Shown piece by piece: positions 13,088-26,025 of a stretch of 64,000 nt of DNA (the first letter of the stretch is position 1; every line of letters starts with the position of its first letter). The position numbers and the translations under genes are program-made. The DNA is from Nemertoderma westbladi (taxonomy: Eukaryota; Animalia; Xenacoelomorpha), in contig JAUCBJ010002727.1 of assembly GCA_032718475.1 (NCBI GenBank), positions 32,427 through 96,426 of the forward strand. Reading direction: 5' to 3'. The notes beneath the pieces were generated by a model. That model worked only from the letters and a program-made list of their open reading frames with translations, was not told where the DNA came from and ran no database searches.

Positions 13088-13921
13088 TGTAAAGGCTTTT
13101 GCGTAATTAGCCGGTTATTTTCCCCGTAAAGTACTCTGTAGTTGGTTTAACCGGCATAAAAGGCCGTGTCCTTACTGTATTGTTGTTTTAGAGGACATAA
13201 AAGCCATTTCTTCTGTATGTGTACTTTAGCGGACATGATTAGCAATTCTATGACGCAATAAGCCGGATCCTCTTGAAACAGTGTAGATACCATGACGACG
13301 GCTAACAGCTGATATTGCCACGTAGAACATCCCTTTGTTCTTTGTTCTCTCTTTGTCCGGTCGACCAATCAGAGCGTTTTTTTGTCTCTGTGTTGGAGAT
13401 GGTATATAGAAACTAGGGAAGTGAGTCAGTATTGCGACTTACATTAAGTGGTTTGAAGTGAATCTAATGCTATTTTATAGGCCCTACACGTATTGTCTGT
13501 TGTTCTCCTTATATGTGACTAAAATTAGTGAAGGTCGGCAGATTAGTGTGCAGTATTGTGCAGTATTGTGTATGATTGTGATTGATAACGAAGCATCTCC
13601 TAAAGAATGCGCCATATACGTGAATCTATAGCCATCCCGTTGCGTCTGGTTTAAGTCATAACTCTGTTTATATATTTAGAGCGCCACGTCCTAAAGGAAC
13701 TGTTAATATTTCCCGAAAGTGAATAATATTGTCAGAGATTATATATCAAGATCAGTCGAATAATACAGTAGGTCTATCCCGCAATACGATTAGGCTTCCG
13801 AATCCAGTCTCCCGGGTATATCCAGCGGGTGAATGATCGCGCATAGACTGGTTTCGGCTAATGTAGTGTATCAAATATTTGTCGTAGGCTAAAGACTATC
13901 TATTATCTAGAAGACATCCTA
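13088..13921 (+). repeat. 5' LTR of copy B
   Basis: TGTAAAGG...GACATCCTA, a direct repeat of 29033-29866 with no differences seen by eye. Confidence 0.95.
13362..13430 (+). promoter_or_regulatory. Putative LTR promoter: CCAAT box, TATA-like box and AP-1-like site
   Basis: GACCAATCAGAG (CCAATCAGAGCG is kept in all three LTR types), followed by TATATAGAAA and TGAGTCA. Confidence 0.5.
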
Positions 13922-14308
13922 ATTTGGCAGGTTAAACTGCTAAAGGTCTGAAAGCGCGAACAATAACGGATATATCGTCTAATTGCAGGGTAGGCAATAA
14001 ATACAGTTTAATATTGTTCTGGTAAGAACAATAACGAATAAAGCTTCTGTATTGCAGTAGGCAATAAAGCTGAAGTACCGGCATCCGGTACCCAGTAGGC
14101 CTGACTACCTAACCACCCGGACCGGTACCTACGGCAGTACAGGTACAGCAGTATTATTCGATTTTGATTATTATATACCAGTAGGTCTTAATAATTAATC
14201 GGGGATGCCTGGTTTTTATTGGGATTTTACTTAGGCCTATTTCTGTCAGTTTTATTTATTTGTAGGCCAATATTGAGCAGAAGGCGTGTAAGCCTGCTCA
14301 GATTGTAC

Positions 14309-14880
14309 AGATAATTTGTAGGCTGGACTGTTGTCTAACTGTTGTTAAGTCTGAACGGATTACAGTGCATGTAGAGCATCTGTCCGATAAAGTGCTAGTT
14401 AGGAACGTAGGGGCTTCAAATGCTGTGAGGTAAACCCCCTTTGAAAGAATAAGTCATACTACTAGGTTAGAACGCATACTAACTAATCATTTCGGAGTCT
14501 GCATATACTGTGGTTTATTTAGGCTTGATAGTAGTCTGCCATCGTTTGGTCTGTACGTTGTTTGTGTAGTCTATACAGGTAGCGTATAATTCTTATTTAG
14601 ATAATTTGTAGGCTGGATAGTTGTCTGGCTGTTGTTAGGTCGCTGAGGAAATTTCGGTGTGTGTAGAGTGTATGTCCGATAAAGTGCCAGTTGGGAACGT
14701 AGGGGCTTCCAGTGCTGTGAGGTAAACCCCCTCTGAAAGAATAAGTCGTACTACTAGGTTAGAACGCATACTAACTAACCATTTCGGAGTCTGCATATAC
14801 CGTGGTTTGTTTAGGCTTGATAGTAGTCTGTCAGTATTTGGTCTGCATTTTGTTTGAGTAGTCTGTACGCGTAGCGTAAT
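14309..14880 (+). repeat. ~290-bp tandem duplication in the leader of B (also C 37320-37890 and A ~6185-6745)
   Basis: AGATAATTTGTAGGCTGGA...GTAGCGTA blocks start at 14309 and 14599. Confidence 0.9.
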
Positions 14881-15844
14881 ATTTATTATTCAGAGTTTAT
14901 GCGATTATTCGCAACATTCATTCCCCAAGTTTGTTCCTACAGTAATTGTGCTTGTTATACATACCGTTACAGTTAAACTAACTCCGGTACTACATCAGGG
15001 CTGCTCGGCGTAGGTAAAGACTGGAGATTTTGTGCTTTGGTCACTCCGGCAGATACCGTGGTTCTTTTAGCTGTTCAAGTATTTTTAACTACTGATTATT
15101 TGTTGTACAAGTACTTGTACCTAATTTAGGGTTTAGTGTACAGTGCTTTCCGAAGGCAATTAGTGTGTAGGCAGTATATTTGTGTTGTAAAGTGGTTAAT
15201 AGGCACGTTGGTTCTGGTAGACCGCGGTAATTAACTTCTGGGTAGGAACACTCCGTGATACATAACGTAGTACTTATAGCGATACGGCTATAAGTCGTCA
15301 GACGGTGGTATTTTCCTATCTGGACAACGCAGTATATTTACTACTACTTATTATTTTCAAATACCGTAGTACTCTGTCCGTTGTAATAACCAGATATTCT
15401 AACCCTTTGTTAGGCTGGTTAGTAGACTTCTTGTAAAATTACCCTAAAAATTCGTATTTGTGTATTTGTATTTTTTTTTGTGTTTATTTAGAGATTGTAA
15501 TCTCAACCCGAATTGTATGTAATTTGTAGTATTAAGTAACTTAGGCAAATTAGAATTATTTGTTTTAGTGTCCAACAAGTAGCACTCCACTGAGAGCGCA
15601 CAGCTCCTGTGTAGTGACTCCCCCAGAAATAATAACATTTATTTCAAATATTGACAAAACCCATTAAACGGGTATATATATATTATAAATCAACTCAAAC
15701 AATTTATAAATAGTAGGCCTGCCATACAACAATTAGGCCTAAATATCAGTTGGACTACTGCTTAAATAACGGTAATAAAGTAAGTTAAAGTAACCAAGTA
15801 ACCCTTAAAAATTCAGAAATTCAGTTATTCTAAGAATAATTGAC

Positions 15845-16090
15845 ATACCGGTATTTACGATAGGCCTATTATATATTTAGAAATTTAGGCTGAAATTATA
15901 CCGGTATTCTGTAATTAATTCTAGTTAATAATTATACTTATATATACTATAAGTGTAAACTGCATACCGGTATTCACGATAGGCCTATTATATATTTATA
16001 TATACTTGTGCTGAAAGTACATACCGGTATTCTGTGAAAAATCTAGTCTGTGACAATACTTATATATATATACTATAAGCATACCGGTAT
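15845..16090. repeat. Array of ATACCGGTAT palindromes within a ~119-bp tandem unit, upstream of gag
   Basis: Copies at about 15845, 15898, 15964, 16021 and 16081. Confidence 0.88.
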
Positions 16091-16226
16091 TCTAATATAT
16101 TAAATACATATTACGCTACACTGAGTAGCAGTATCAGTAATTAATTACTAGGCTAACAGTGATACTGAATTGCTAGGCTTGCTTAAACTGTAATATAGCA
16201 GTAGGCATTCAACTGTACGAACCAAC

Positions 16227-19200
16227 ATGTCTGACACAAAGCAAAACCTGTCGGACAGTCTCCTAGATACTACCATCTGTGACCCAGACAGGAGTGTGGA
16301 ACGTGAGGGACCGAAATTCAATTCACCTCCTACTGTAAGAAAGATCATCCCTCCAGTAGTAATATCAGACCCTAGGCTGGTTCAACACCGTAGGTCTATC
16401 ATAGGCACTCGAGCTCAGGTCAAGCGGGACCAAGAAGCAGCAGAACAGCAACAACCCGTGAGCCAAGAACTTATTTCTCAACGCCCCGACCACTCCAGTA
16501 GTGAGGATACTGTAGAGCTGGCACCCGAGCACGGCGCAAAGATGACAGATGTGGTTTATTCGGACCCCCTTCTCATCCTTCCTGCAGCCGTACTGCACTA
16601 GGTTATTGATTGCGGTGGAAGAACACCAGATCGATTGGGCGAGAAATAAGCAATCGACTAAAGATAGTTATGCGGGATACACAAGGGAAGAACTGAAGTC
16701 TATTGTCGAGTCGCAATGGAACTTCCCCGGACCCGGACTCCCGTTTGATTTATCAGAAGCTGCCTGGGAAGATATACACAGGATGGGAGTAACCAAGGAA
16801 ACCATCGATCCAGCTGTGTGGAAGAGGTCCGCAGCTGGATACGCACAGGGATTCTTCAGCTCTATGGAGCGAGTAGAAAAACAACTGTTTCAACAACCCC
16901 AAGGACCTCAAGAGCAGGGACAACTGCTTTATCAAGTTAGAGAAAGAATTCTACGAATCAGGCTAATATTATCAGCCTTTGAGGAGGCTTCTAAAAGAAG
17001 ACAAGACACGTCGTTGCAAGTTGCTGTAAAGACTTGGTTTCAAAAGGTGAGTCTCCAGGTTCAAGGAACAGCTCAGTGGAAAGCTCAGCTAGATGAGCAC
17101 TCAACCCATGGAGAATCAACAGACGCTACATTTTCCCAAGTGGAGAGTGAAGCGACGGCAGAGAAACCACATAAGAGGGATGCCATTGACATTTATCTGT
17201 CAGACTATCAACGTTTTTTAGGTGATGAAGAGTTGAGGAGAAGGCTGGATGGACTTAGCCCTAATAGTGAAGGAACCCAGCGTGTGTTGGACGCCATCGA
17301 TGTGGATATGAGAGCTGCGAACCAAGCTAAATTTGATGAACAACTCCGCATCACTAGAGTCCAAGAAGAACAAGTGAAGAAAAAACGTATAGAAGACAGA
17401 AAGGCAGCAGCAGTGGCAGCAGCAGTGGCAGCTGCAGAAGCAGAAAGAAAAGCGGCAGTGGCAGCGGCAGAGGCAGAGGCAGAAGCGGAAAGAAAGGCGG
17501 CAGAGGCAGAGGCAGAAGCGGAAAGAAAAGTGGCAGCGGCAGCGGCCGAAGCGGAAAGAAAGGCGGCAGTGACAGCGGCAGAGGCAGTAGCAGAAGCAGA
17601 ACGGAGAGCTTCTGAAGAAACCACCCAATTAGAATTGGAAAACATTCAGGAGAATCAAGACTGCATAAATAAACAGTTAACAGCTAGTAATATGCAGATG
17701 ATGAGTCGATCTACTCCCAAAAGACAGGGATATACATCATCTCAGGAAGGCGATACCACCGAAGGCAGAGGAAATAGATCTCGTCTAAGCAGACGTAGAA
17801 GAACATCCCACCGTCAGAAATTGCCTGATCTGCCCCCAGCTGTTAGAAGGCAACTAAATGACACAGATTTAGGTAGTACAGAACCCACAGACCAAATAAT
17901 TAAAATAGAAAGACTCCCTACTATAGTAGATGAGCCTGAAATAATTAGGCCTGTTCTTGAAATCACCCCTTCGGTGATAGAGACACCTGTGCTCCCAGAA
18001 CCCACCTTTAAATTCCCTTTACACAGCACCAAATTATCTGTGCCTAGAGGAACAGCCCCTGAAGCAGTGTCGGTCCTGGACTCCGAGCGAAATATAAAGG
18101 ATATATCGCCCGTAGTCCCTCGTCTGCCCACTACGACGTTGGCGGATCCCGCTTCGGCGGTTGATTGGGTAGACGAGAGACGGCGGGGGATGGACATTCT
18201 CCTCGGAGAGATGAAGGAGAATCGAGTGCGCTCCTCCCTACAGGTCCGAGAGTTAGAAGGGACTGTTCAACAGTTAAGGGGAACCGTAAAGGAAAGTAGG
18301 TTAGAGTTGCAAGAAGTGCAGCAAAGTATCGCGCTAGAACGCGATAAATTAGTAAATTTACAAAGGGGTATACCACCACCCCCGGTAACAATGTGTCAAC
18401 CTGTTAGGTCTGAAGTATCTCATGCGCAAGGTGTGGAGCCTACACGCATATATACTGCTATCGAAGTAGAAACTCCTATAGTGAACCCTATTAAGGGTAA
18501 TTATAGACCTGTTGATAATGATATTCCCTATAGACCTGATCATAATCCGAGAAATTTATATACCGATAACTCGATATTAAATAACACGATGGCCCAAGAA
18601 AGTTTTACGCGTCAAATGGCTAGAACCGAAGCCCGGCAAGCCGTAAAGGTGGGAGAGATCGTCAAGTTCAATGGAGATGAGATGAAATGGTTACCTTTTA
18701 ATGAATATTACAAAGATAACATACAGAACTCTGTGTTATCTAATGGAGAGAAACTTAGATTCCTCATCGAGTGCTTGGAAGGATCTCCCAAGTTAATGGC
18801 GTTAAAGTTTATTGGACATCCAGACGGATTAAGACAAGTTTGGGATACACTAAACATCAGGTATGGTAATAGGAATAACATAGCTAAATATTTGTATGCA
18901 AAATTAGTAGCGCCCCGAAAGTTCATTAGCAGCGGGATAATAGAGTTTTCCGATGAGATTCAGGAGATCTGTAGACAATTAGATTGGTTAGGTAAGTCTC
19001 ATGAATATCATAGTTCTATGGTTATTGGAGCCGTGGCCTCTACTTTACCGAAGGGTGGAGTAGGTACACGCTGGGATAAGAAAGTGTTGTACATGATGGA
19101 ACAACAACGACGAGACCCTACCATGGCTGATCTTATGTCATTCTTAGATGGAGAAGTGAAATTACAGCTCCTAAAACAGTCCAGAGAGAAGACACCGGAA

Positions 19201-22200
19201 AACAAGGTAAGTGAGAAACCCATCTCTAGGAGAAAGGTAACACCAGTGTGTTATACAGACGATGGCGAAAGCCAGACTTCTCAAGGAGAGGATAGCGGGA
19301 AAGACACTGAAAGATCTTATTATGTCAATAAAACGCCTAAAGACCAGGTAAGTAAATTCAAGTCTCGAACCAATGACAGGAGAGAACAGGTAAGAAAAAC
19401 TCCTCCTACGTCTCCCAAGAGAATTCAGGTGAGAAAGCCCGAAGAAAGAACGAGTGTGCACAATGTTATTCAAAATAAGGTAAGTAACATCAAACCGAAA
19501 TGTGCGCTATGTGACGGGACTCACCGTTTAAATATGTGTGATGAATTCCTGAAGAAATCATTAGCGGAGAGACGGGAAGTCATGTGGGATAAGCGGTTGT
19601 GTTATAATTGCCTCAGACAAGGACACCAACGGCGAACCTGTTACTCCGACACAAGGTGTGCAAAGTGCGGTACGAAACATCATATCTTGTTGCACACTGA
19701 ATTCGAGCGAAATAGTCCGAGTCAGGTAAGTGATTCCGAACTACATGTCCAATTCAGTGATGTGAACGACACTGATCAATCTGAGATGGAAGGATTCTAT
19801 ACGGACGAGTTCTCCGACGAAAACGAATCCTGTTACATGATAAATACCGCAGTGTATCGAGCACTCACGTATGAAAAAGATACAGACAGCGACCTCACCC
19901 TAACTACTTCTGATCGACAACCATCTTGGAAAGCGCCATCTTCCAATGTAGGAATCCGAGAATTTCCTGTAGTACAGGTAAGGGTCCACGGACCTAAAAG
20001 GAGTTATGTAGTGAACGCCCTCCTTGACTCCGGTAGTACAGGAACATTCATCGACAAAGAACTAGCCGAAGACATCTTTGCTGGACAACCCAAGTTCCGA
20101 ACTAAGCTAAACATGTCAGGAATTATGCAGGTTTGGAAATCTACAGTAATCGCGGATTATTATGTAGGTGCGTTGTCCACCCCCCAGGATGAACTAGGAG
20201 AACATAGTATAAGGTCAGTAAAAATGGTGGCGATAAAGAACTTCGCTACCACCCAAGTGGAACCTTATAACTGGGATGAGGACGATTTCACCCAGCAGCT
20301 GGAAATACCTAGATTCAACACCGATTACCCTGGAGTGCAAATACTCATCGGTCAAAACGCGCATGAAGCGCTCGAGACATTGGAGAAACGGCCCGCTCAA
20401 CCGCAACCACTACAAGCTTATGCGGGAAGAACTAGAGTGGGTTGGTACTTTACTGGCCCTTCCCGTAGAACTCTCATGGAAAGATTACCGAAAGACCAGG
20501 TATGTCAAGTGAGAGAATGGGAAGTCGAGAGCAGTGAGTTAGACGATCCAACTGAGGGAACACCATACTCCTCAGATAATGACGATGTCCACCAACTTTT
20601 TGACGAGGAGAATGCCATCGATCTCCTTAAGGAAAACGAGACTTGGCAAAACCAAGTGAACTTATGTCAACTCCTTCTTCCATCAGAGCGAGACGACTAT
20701 AACGACGAGCTTAATGACGTCATTGAACGTTATAATGCCAAGACTCGGGACGAACACGCCGTACGATTCTTTACTCAAGAGGCTGTAGAGCCCAATTCCT
20801 ATGATAAGGCCCTATCGGTAGAGGAAGAAAGAGCCAAGCAGATCCAAGAGACAACTACACGTTTTCTTAAAGATCAAGGTAGATATGAGATCGGTCTACC
20901 TTTCCGAAAGCGAGAACCAAAGTTCGTAAACAACAGACCCTTGGCGGAGAAAAGAATTGCTCAACTACATCGACGCCTTACGGCAAATTCTTCAGCTAAA
21001 GAAATGTATCAAACGCAGTTGAAGAAGTTTATTAGCAAGGGATATGCGGAGCTAGTACCGGAAGAAACACCTATAACTGAGAGAACGTATTATTTAACTC
21101 ACCATTACGTTCCCAAACCCGGTAAACCACATGAGGTACGAGTGGTGTTTGACGGCTCCGCCCTCTATATGGGCCAATCCCTTAATTCTGAATTGCTACC
21201 CGGACCCAACTTACTCCAATCATTGTTGGGAATACTTTTAAGATTAAGACAATATTCCATTGCTTTCGCCTCAGATATAGAAGGCATGTTCTTACAAGTC
21301 AAAGCGCTGGATAGGGATCGAGATAGCCTACGATTTCTGTGGTGGCCTGAAGGAGACCTCAACCAGAAACCGGTGGAGTACTGGATGACCATCCAAGCTT
21401 TTGGGATAATCTCGAGCCCTTCAAACGCCTGTTCCGTGGTGCGCACCACTGCGGATGACAACCGAGACGCCTTCTCTAAAGAGGTGATTGACAACATTAA
21501 GCGGGATATATACATGGACGACAATCTAAAGTCCCTTCCATCAGTCGAAGAAGCCATCGATGTCGCTAGAGGAACGGTAGAGTGCTTAAAAAGAGGTGGA
21601 TTTCGATTAACTAAATTCACCAGCAACTCCCGTGAGTTTCTGGAGTCGATCCCGGTAGAAGATCGAGGAGCGAAAGATCTGGATCTAATAAAAGATGATC
21701 TCCCAGAAACTAAGACCCTTGGTTTGAAATGGGACGCAGAATGAGATATCCTGTTTTTCCAACTAAAACAACGAGATAATCCAGTTCGGACTAAGCGGAT
21801 TTGTTTAAGTATACTGAGCACTTATTTCGATCCATTGGGATTTATTAGCCCAGTTATATTGATTGCTCGGAGTTTAGTACAACAAATGTGGCTTGAAAAC
21901 CACTCATGGGACGATCCACTTAAGGGAGAATTGTTAAAGAAGTGGATGAAATGGGAAGATTCTCTACCAGCCATCGAGAACTTTATAATTTCCCGTTCAT
22001 ATTTTGGTCATGTTCTCCCTACGTATTCCTATCAACTCCATGTGTTTGGAGACGCCAGCGATATGGGAATAGGTATAGTAGCCTACCTAAGGGTGGAAAC
22101 TCCAGACGGAATCAAAGTCGCCTTGGTTACTTCTAAGGCATTGATAAACAATAAGTTGAAAGTTCCTCGAGCGGAGTTAAAAGCGGCTCTATACGCTACA

Positions 22201-24399
22201 GCCATCGGCCGGAATGTAACAGAACAGATCGACTATCCACTGGAGAAAACTGTTTATTGGACCGACGCTTTACTCGTGTTGGAGTATATAACCAATGAAG
22301 TCTGTCAGTTCAGCGTCTTCGTTACCAACAGAGTAGCCATTATACTCAGTCGCACAACGATGGATCAATGGAGACATTGCCCCAGAACGATTAATCCAGC
22401 AGACATCGCCTCCAGGGGAGCAACTCCACAAGAACTGGTAGATACTCCAGACTGGCTAGGTGGACCCGACTTCCTCTACAAAGAAGAAGAAGAATGGCCT
22501 CCTCATCTTACTACAGCAGAGATTAGACAGGCCAAGGGAGCGGAGAAAGTCAAACCTAAAACTCGGGCGAGTAAATCGAAGTTATTCAAACCCATGGTAG
22601 ATCTGTCTGTACTACATATTTCCAGAGACGACGCTTTGGATCAGAAACCCACAGGCACCAATAAACTTGTTGTGGAAATCCGTGAGAAGGATTGGAAATC
22701 TGGAATACCAGACGTCTCGCAAGGACTCTCACCTCTTCTGCAGAGAGCGATACATCACTACAGTTCCTGGAATCGGCTCTGTAAGGCCGTTACATATTTA
22801 AAGAGATGTTTTCACCATCACTACTCCGGGATGAAGACCAAAGGTGATACCGCTCCAATAACATCAGTGCAGGTCCATGTTATTAAAGATCTTCCCAAAT
22901 ATAAGATACCCGACAGGTTTCTGAAGGAGAAGATCAGTTATCAGGAGCATGAAGAAACCAACAAGCAGATGCTGAGACTCCTGCAATGCTATGAAGATTC
23001 CGATAAGTATTTCCTGTTGTTGAGAAATCCACAGATGCGCTTAAGGGATCGTTTCTCTAGCACAATGATAGATGGGTTGATACGTGTTGGAGGAAGATTA
23101 ACGAATGCTCCATTATCCTTTGACACTAAGTTCCCCATACTCATTAGAAATCTTGAAATACAAGTCAAGATGATTGTAGATGTTCACAGCAAACTTTATC
23201 ATGCTGGTAGGGAACGAGTTCTTAGCGAAATTTGAACTCGCTATTATTTTTATAAACCCCGTAGAGCTCTGAACCAAGTTCTTAGGAACTGTATACCCTG
23301 TAGGAAAGCATTCAGTAGGCCTTTAACACAGCGAGAGGCAGAATTACCTAGGGAACGAGTAAGCTTCTATGAACCACCCTTTACTAATACCGGTGTAGAT
23401 TTATTTGGCCCTATTGAAGTATATCGTGCTAGGACTATAGTCAAGAGATGGTGTGTAATCTTTGTTTGTATGACTTGTAGAGCTATCCATCTCGATATGG
23501 TGAACGATTTATCTACCAACAGCTTTCTATTAAGCTTACGACGACAGATCGCTCGCTTTGGCACTAGTAACACGATGAGATCTGATAAGGGAACTAACTT
23601 CATTGGTGCCAACAATGAAATCAAAGCTTACGTCAAAGATTGGAACCAAAGACAGGTGGACGATCAGCTACGAATAACAGCGTCTAGCTGGACCTTCAAC
23701 GCCGCCGACGCCCCTTGGTGGGGAGGAAGTTGGGAGAGATTAATAAGAAGTGTGAAGACAGCATTTCACTTTATAGTGCCTTGCCGTGCGTATCTCACCG
23801 ACGAACTTTTGCGGATGTTAATGGAGGAAATCGCCGCCTATCTCAACGAGAGACCGCTTATGCCAGTCTCATCGAGTCCCGATTCCCTGGAAGCGCTAAC
23901 ACCCGCGCACTTCCTACTGAAGAAACCTGTAGCCATGCTACCACAATCGGAAATCACAGACTGAGACGAATACTGCCGGCAAACTTGGCAACTCATGCAG
24001 TTGTTATCCCGTCGTTTTGCTGACCATTTCGAAAAACATTATCTGCCCACGCTACAACTTCGAACTAAGTGGTTTGCGCAGCAAGAAAACGTCAGCGCTG
24101 GAGACATGGTTCTTATTGTGGATGTAGATCTTCCACGTAAGCGGTGGCAGACAGGTCGTATCATCGAGACTCACATCTCGGATGACGGTTTGGTGCGATC
24201 GGTAGAACTCGTCGTCATGCGACGTAACTTCAAGAAACCGGGAATTGTCTTCGAGACGCAGCAGCTCAATCGCCCAGTTGGTCGCTTATGTTTACTGGAA
24301 AGAGACAGAGAACTCTCCGGAAACTATGGGAGGCAAGATACTCTTCCCACGACCACCTCCCTAATCCAACAAACATCTAGGGACTCCCCAGCTTATTAG
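16227..24399 (+). pseudogene. BEL/Pao Gag-Pol polyprotein of copy B (~2700 codons), disrupted
   Basis: Motifs: Gag knuckles, protease LLDSGS, RT ASDIEGMF/YMDD, RNase H VFGDASD/PRAEL/WTDA/NPADIASRG, integrase HSKLYH..CIPC, GVDLFGP, RSDKGTNF, WERLI. A 1-bp insertion lies near 16595 relative to C; in-frame TGA stops lie at 21742, 23233 and 23962. ORFs 16549, 21835, 23470 and 23995 share one frame. Confidence 0.95.
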
Positions 24400-24943
24400 C
24401 ATATGGAGTGGGTGTGTGACCATATTATTTTATATTTTTATCATTTTATACTTATGTACGTATTATTATGTAATTTTATTATAATCGTTTTATTTAATTT
24501 TATTTAGTAGCATGTTATTTTAGCGATTGTTTAGTAGATCAGTGCAATATATTCGCGTTTATTACGTAATTACTTATATTATATATTTAGTGCGACGGCG
24601 AGAAATAATTCTTTTTTCTCTTTCCTTGCTGCCCGTATTACATTACGAATACGTAACTACAGTAAGATGAAATGTCCGTACTTATTAAAGTACAATAAAG
24701 CCACTACTATATTTAAGTATTATTGGTAGGCAGAGTATTAGGAATGCAAAGTTCAGATCCTCGTGTCTCGGCTAAACCAAGCTCTGGGTAGACCTTGGAA
24801 ACGACTTGCCTCTTCACACTGACATTGCTTCGTGCGATATTGCTCTCATACCGTATATTAAATAATACATATAGTAGCGTGATGTCCCTTTAACAGTAGC
24901 GTATAACGCAAAATAAATCTGTTAAACCCTTTGACCATCTGCA

Positions 24944-25206
24944 ATTCTAGTCGATTAAGATATCGCGGCACCCACCGATATACTTGAAAGACAAAATTCT
25001 AGAATCAGTGGTTAACGTCCCCAGACAAGTTCTGGAATAAACTGGTGCCCATCCTAAATATTAATTATTAATATTTATAAAATCTGTCAAATTTTAGATC
25101 CTTTAAAATTCTAGTCGATTAAGATATCGTAGCACTTACCGATACTCTTAAAAAGACAAATTCCTAGAATCAAGGATCCCAGTCCCCAGACACGTTCTGG
25201 AATAAA
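24944..25206 (+). repeat. Direct repeat of a ~100-bp block (164-bp period) in the pol-ORF2 spacer; present in A, B and C
   Basis: ATTCTAGTCGATTAAGATATCG...GTCCCCAGACA.GTTCTGGAATAAA at 24944 and 25108. Confidence 0.85.
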
Positions 25207-25838
25207 ATTGTGTCTATTTAACATTAAATAATAAAATTTACGGGAATAAATTTAAATTCATATATTTCAATGAATTTAATAAATTGTCATTTTATGCAAT
25301 TTATAACATTCCCAAAATTCCATTAATTAATAGATCATGGGAGCGGAGATTCACTCTATTAAGTGTATTTGTGTGCGAGAATCTCCAATATATAGTCAAT
25401 AGCCGATAAAATTCATAAAATCATATATAGAGAGGATATTGACAATTAAAGAATTACTATTAAATAGCATCCCAGATCTGTATGCATGAGAATTACCCTA
25501 ATTCTACCGCTAGCTTTCCATAATGTCACCATGGCAACAACCACGCTAGAATTAGAAGTGAGTTAAAGAACAATAGAAGGCTTGCCCCATTGAATAGCAT
25601 AGGGAATAAATAGCGCACTGCTAGTATCCAAGGATACATAATAAATACAGTGACATTCTGGAAGGTACTGACTAACGGACAAATGGCCCGAATGCGTGCA
25701 GTTTATGGCAGTTGTGTTGAATTTGTGCGTTTGTAGGTGAATGTTACTACTAAGGTGTGTTTACAGTAGCGAGTCGCAATTGTGAAAGTAGCCCTAACTC
25801 TCCACAAAGAACCTGCAGTACATCTAAGCCTTTGGGAC

Positions 25839-25984
25839 GGACAGTGGAGTGACTTGTGCCAGTTATCGTTGTCGTTGTGTAGCTACATCGTTGGCGAAAG
25901 CACAGCGACGACAGTACATCGGCGCTGAGGATCTTACACTGTCCGGGGGCAAAAGAGGGGTAGGCAGCGACGCCCACTAGCCTA
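25839..25984 (+). promoter_or_regulatory. Conserved structured RNA element directly upstream of ORF2 (candidate IRES or cis-element)
   Basis: A long hairpin GGACAGTG...CACTGTCC with inner helices, plus a TAGGC...GCCTA hairpin. Pairing is retained in A (97-199, -) and C (48837-48943) despite substitutions. Confidence 0.55.
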
Positions 25985-26025
25985 ATATATAAACTCATTA
26001 TAATATTGATAAACTCATAGCAGAT

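Noticed and set aside
13147-13368. Antisense 65-73 aa ORF recurring four times (also 29092, 35912, 50547)
   Set aside because: The recurrence is LTR duplication. It starts at a TTG inside the CCAAT box, its C-terminus is frameshifted between B and C, and it is not seen in A.
15845-16090. Palindrome-plus-spacer array read as a CRISPR-like system
   Set aside because: Spacers alternate between two related sequences, so it is a ~119-bp tandem duplication rather than acquired unique spacers.
17208-17645. Minus-strand Ala/Ser- and Cys-rich ORFs (also 40324-40800, 21165-21821, 44283-44810)
   Set aside because: Antisense shadows of gag-pol.
21742-23964. In-frame TGA codons as programmed readthrough or a variant genetic code
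   Set aside because: The stops fall at different positions in B and C and align with CGA, AGA or GGA in the other copy, and nadE ends in TGA. Ordinary nonsense mutation fits.
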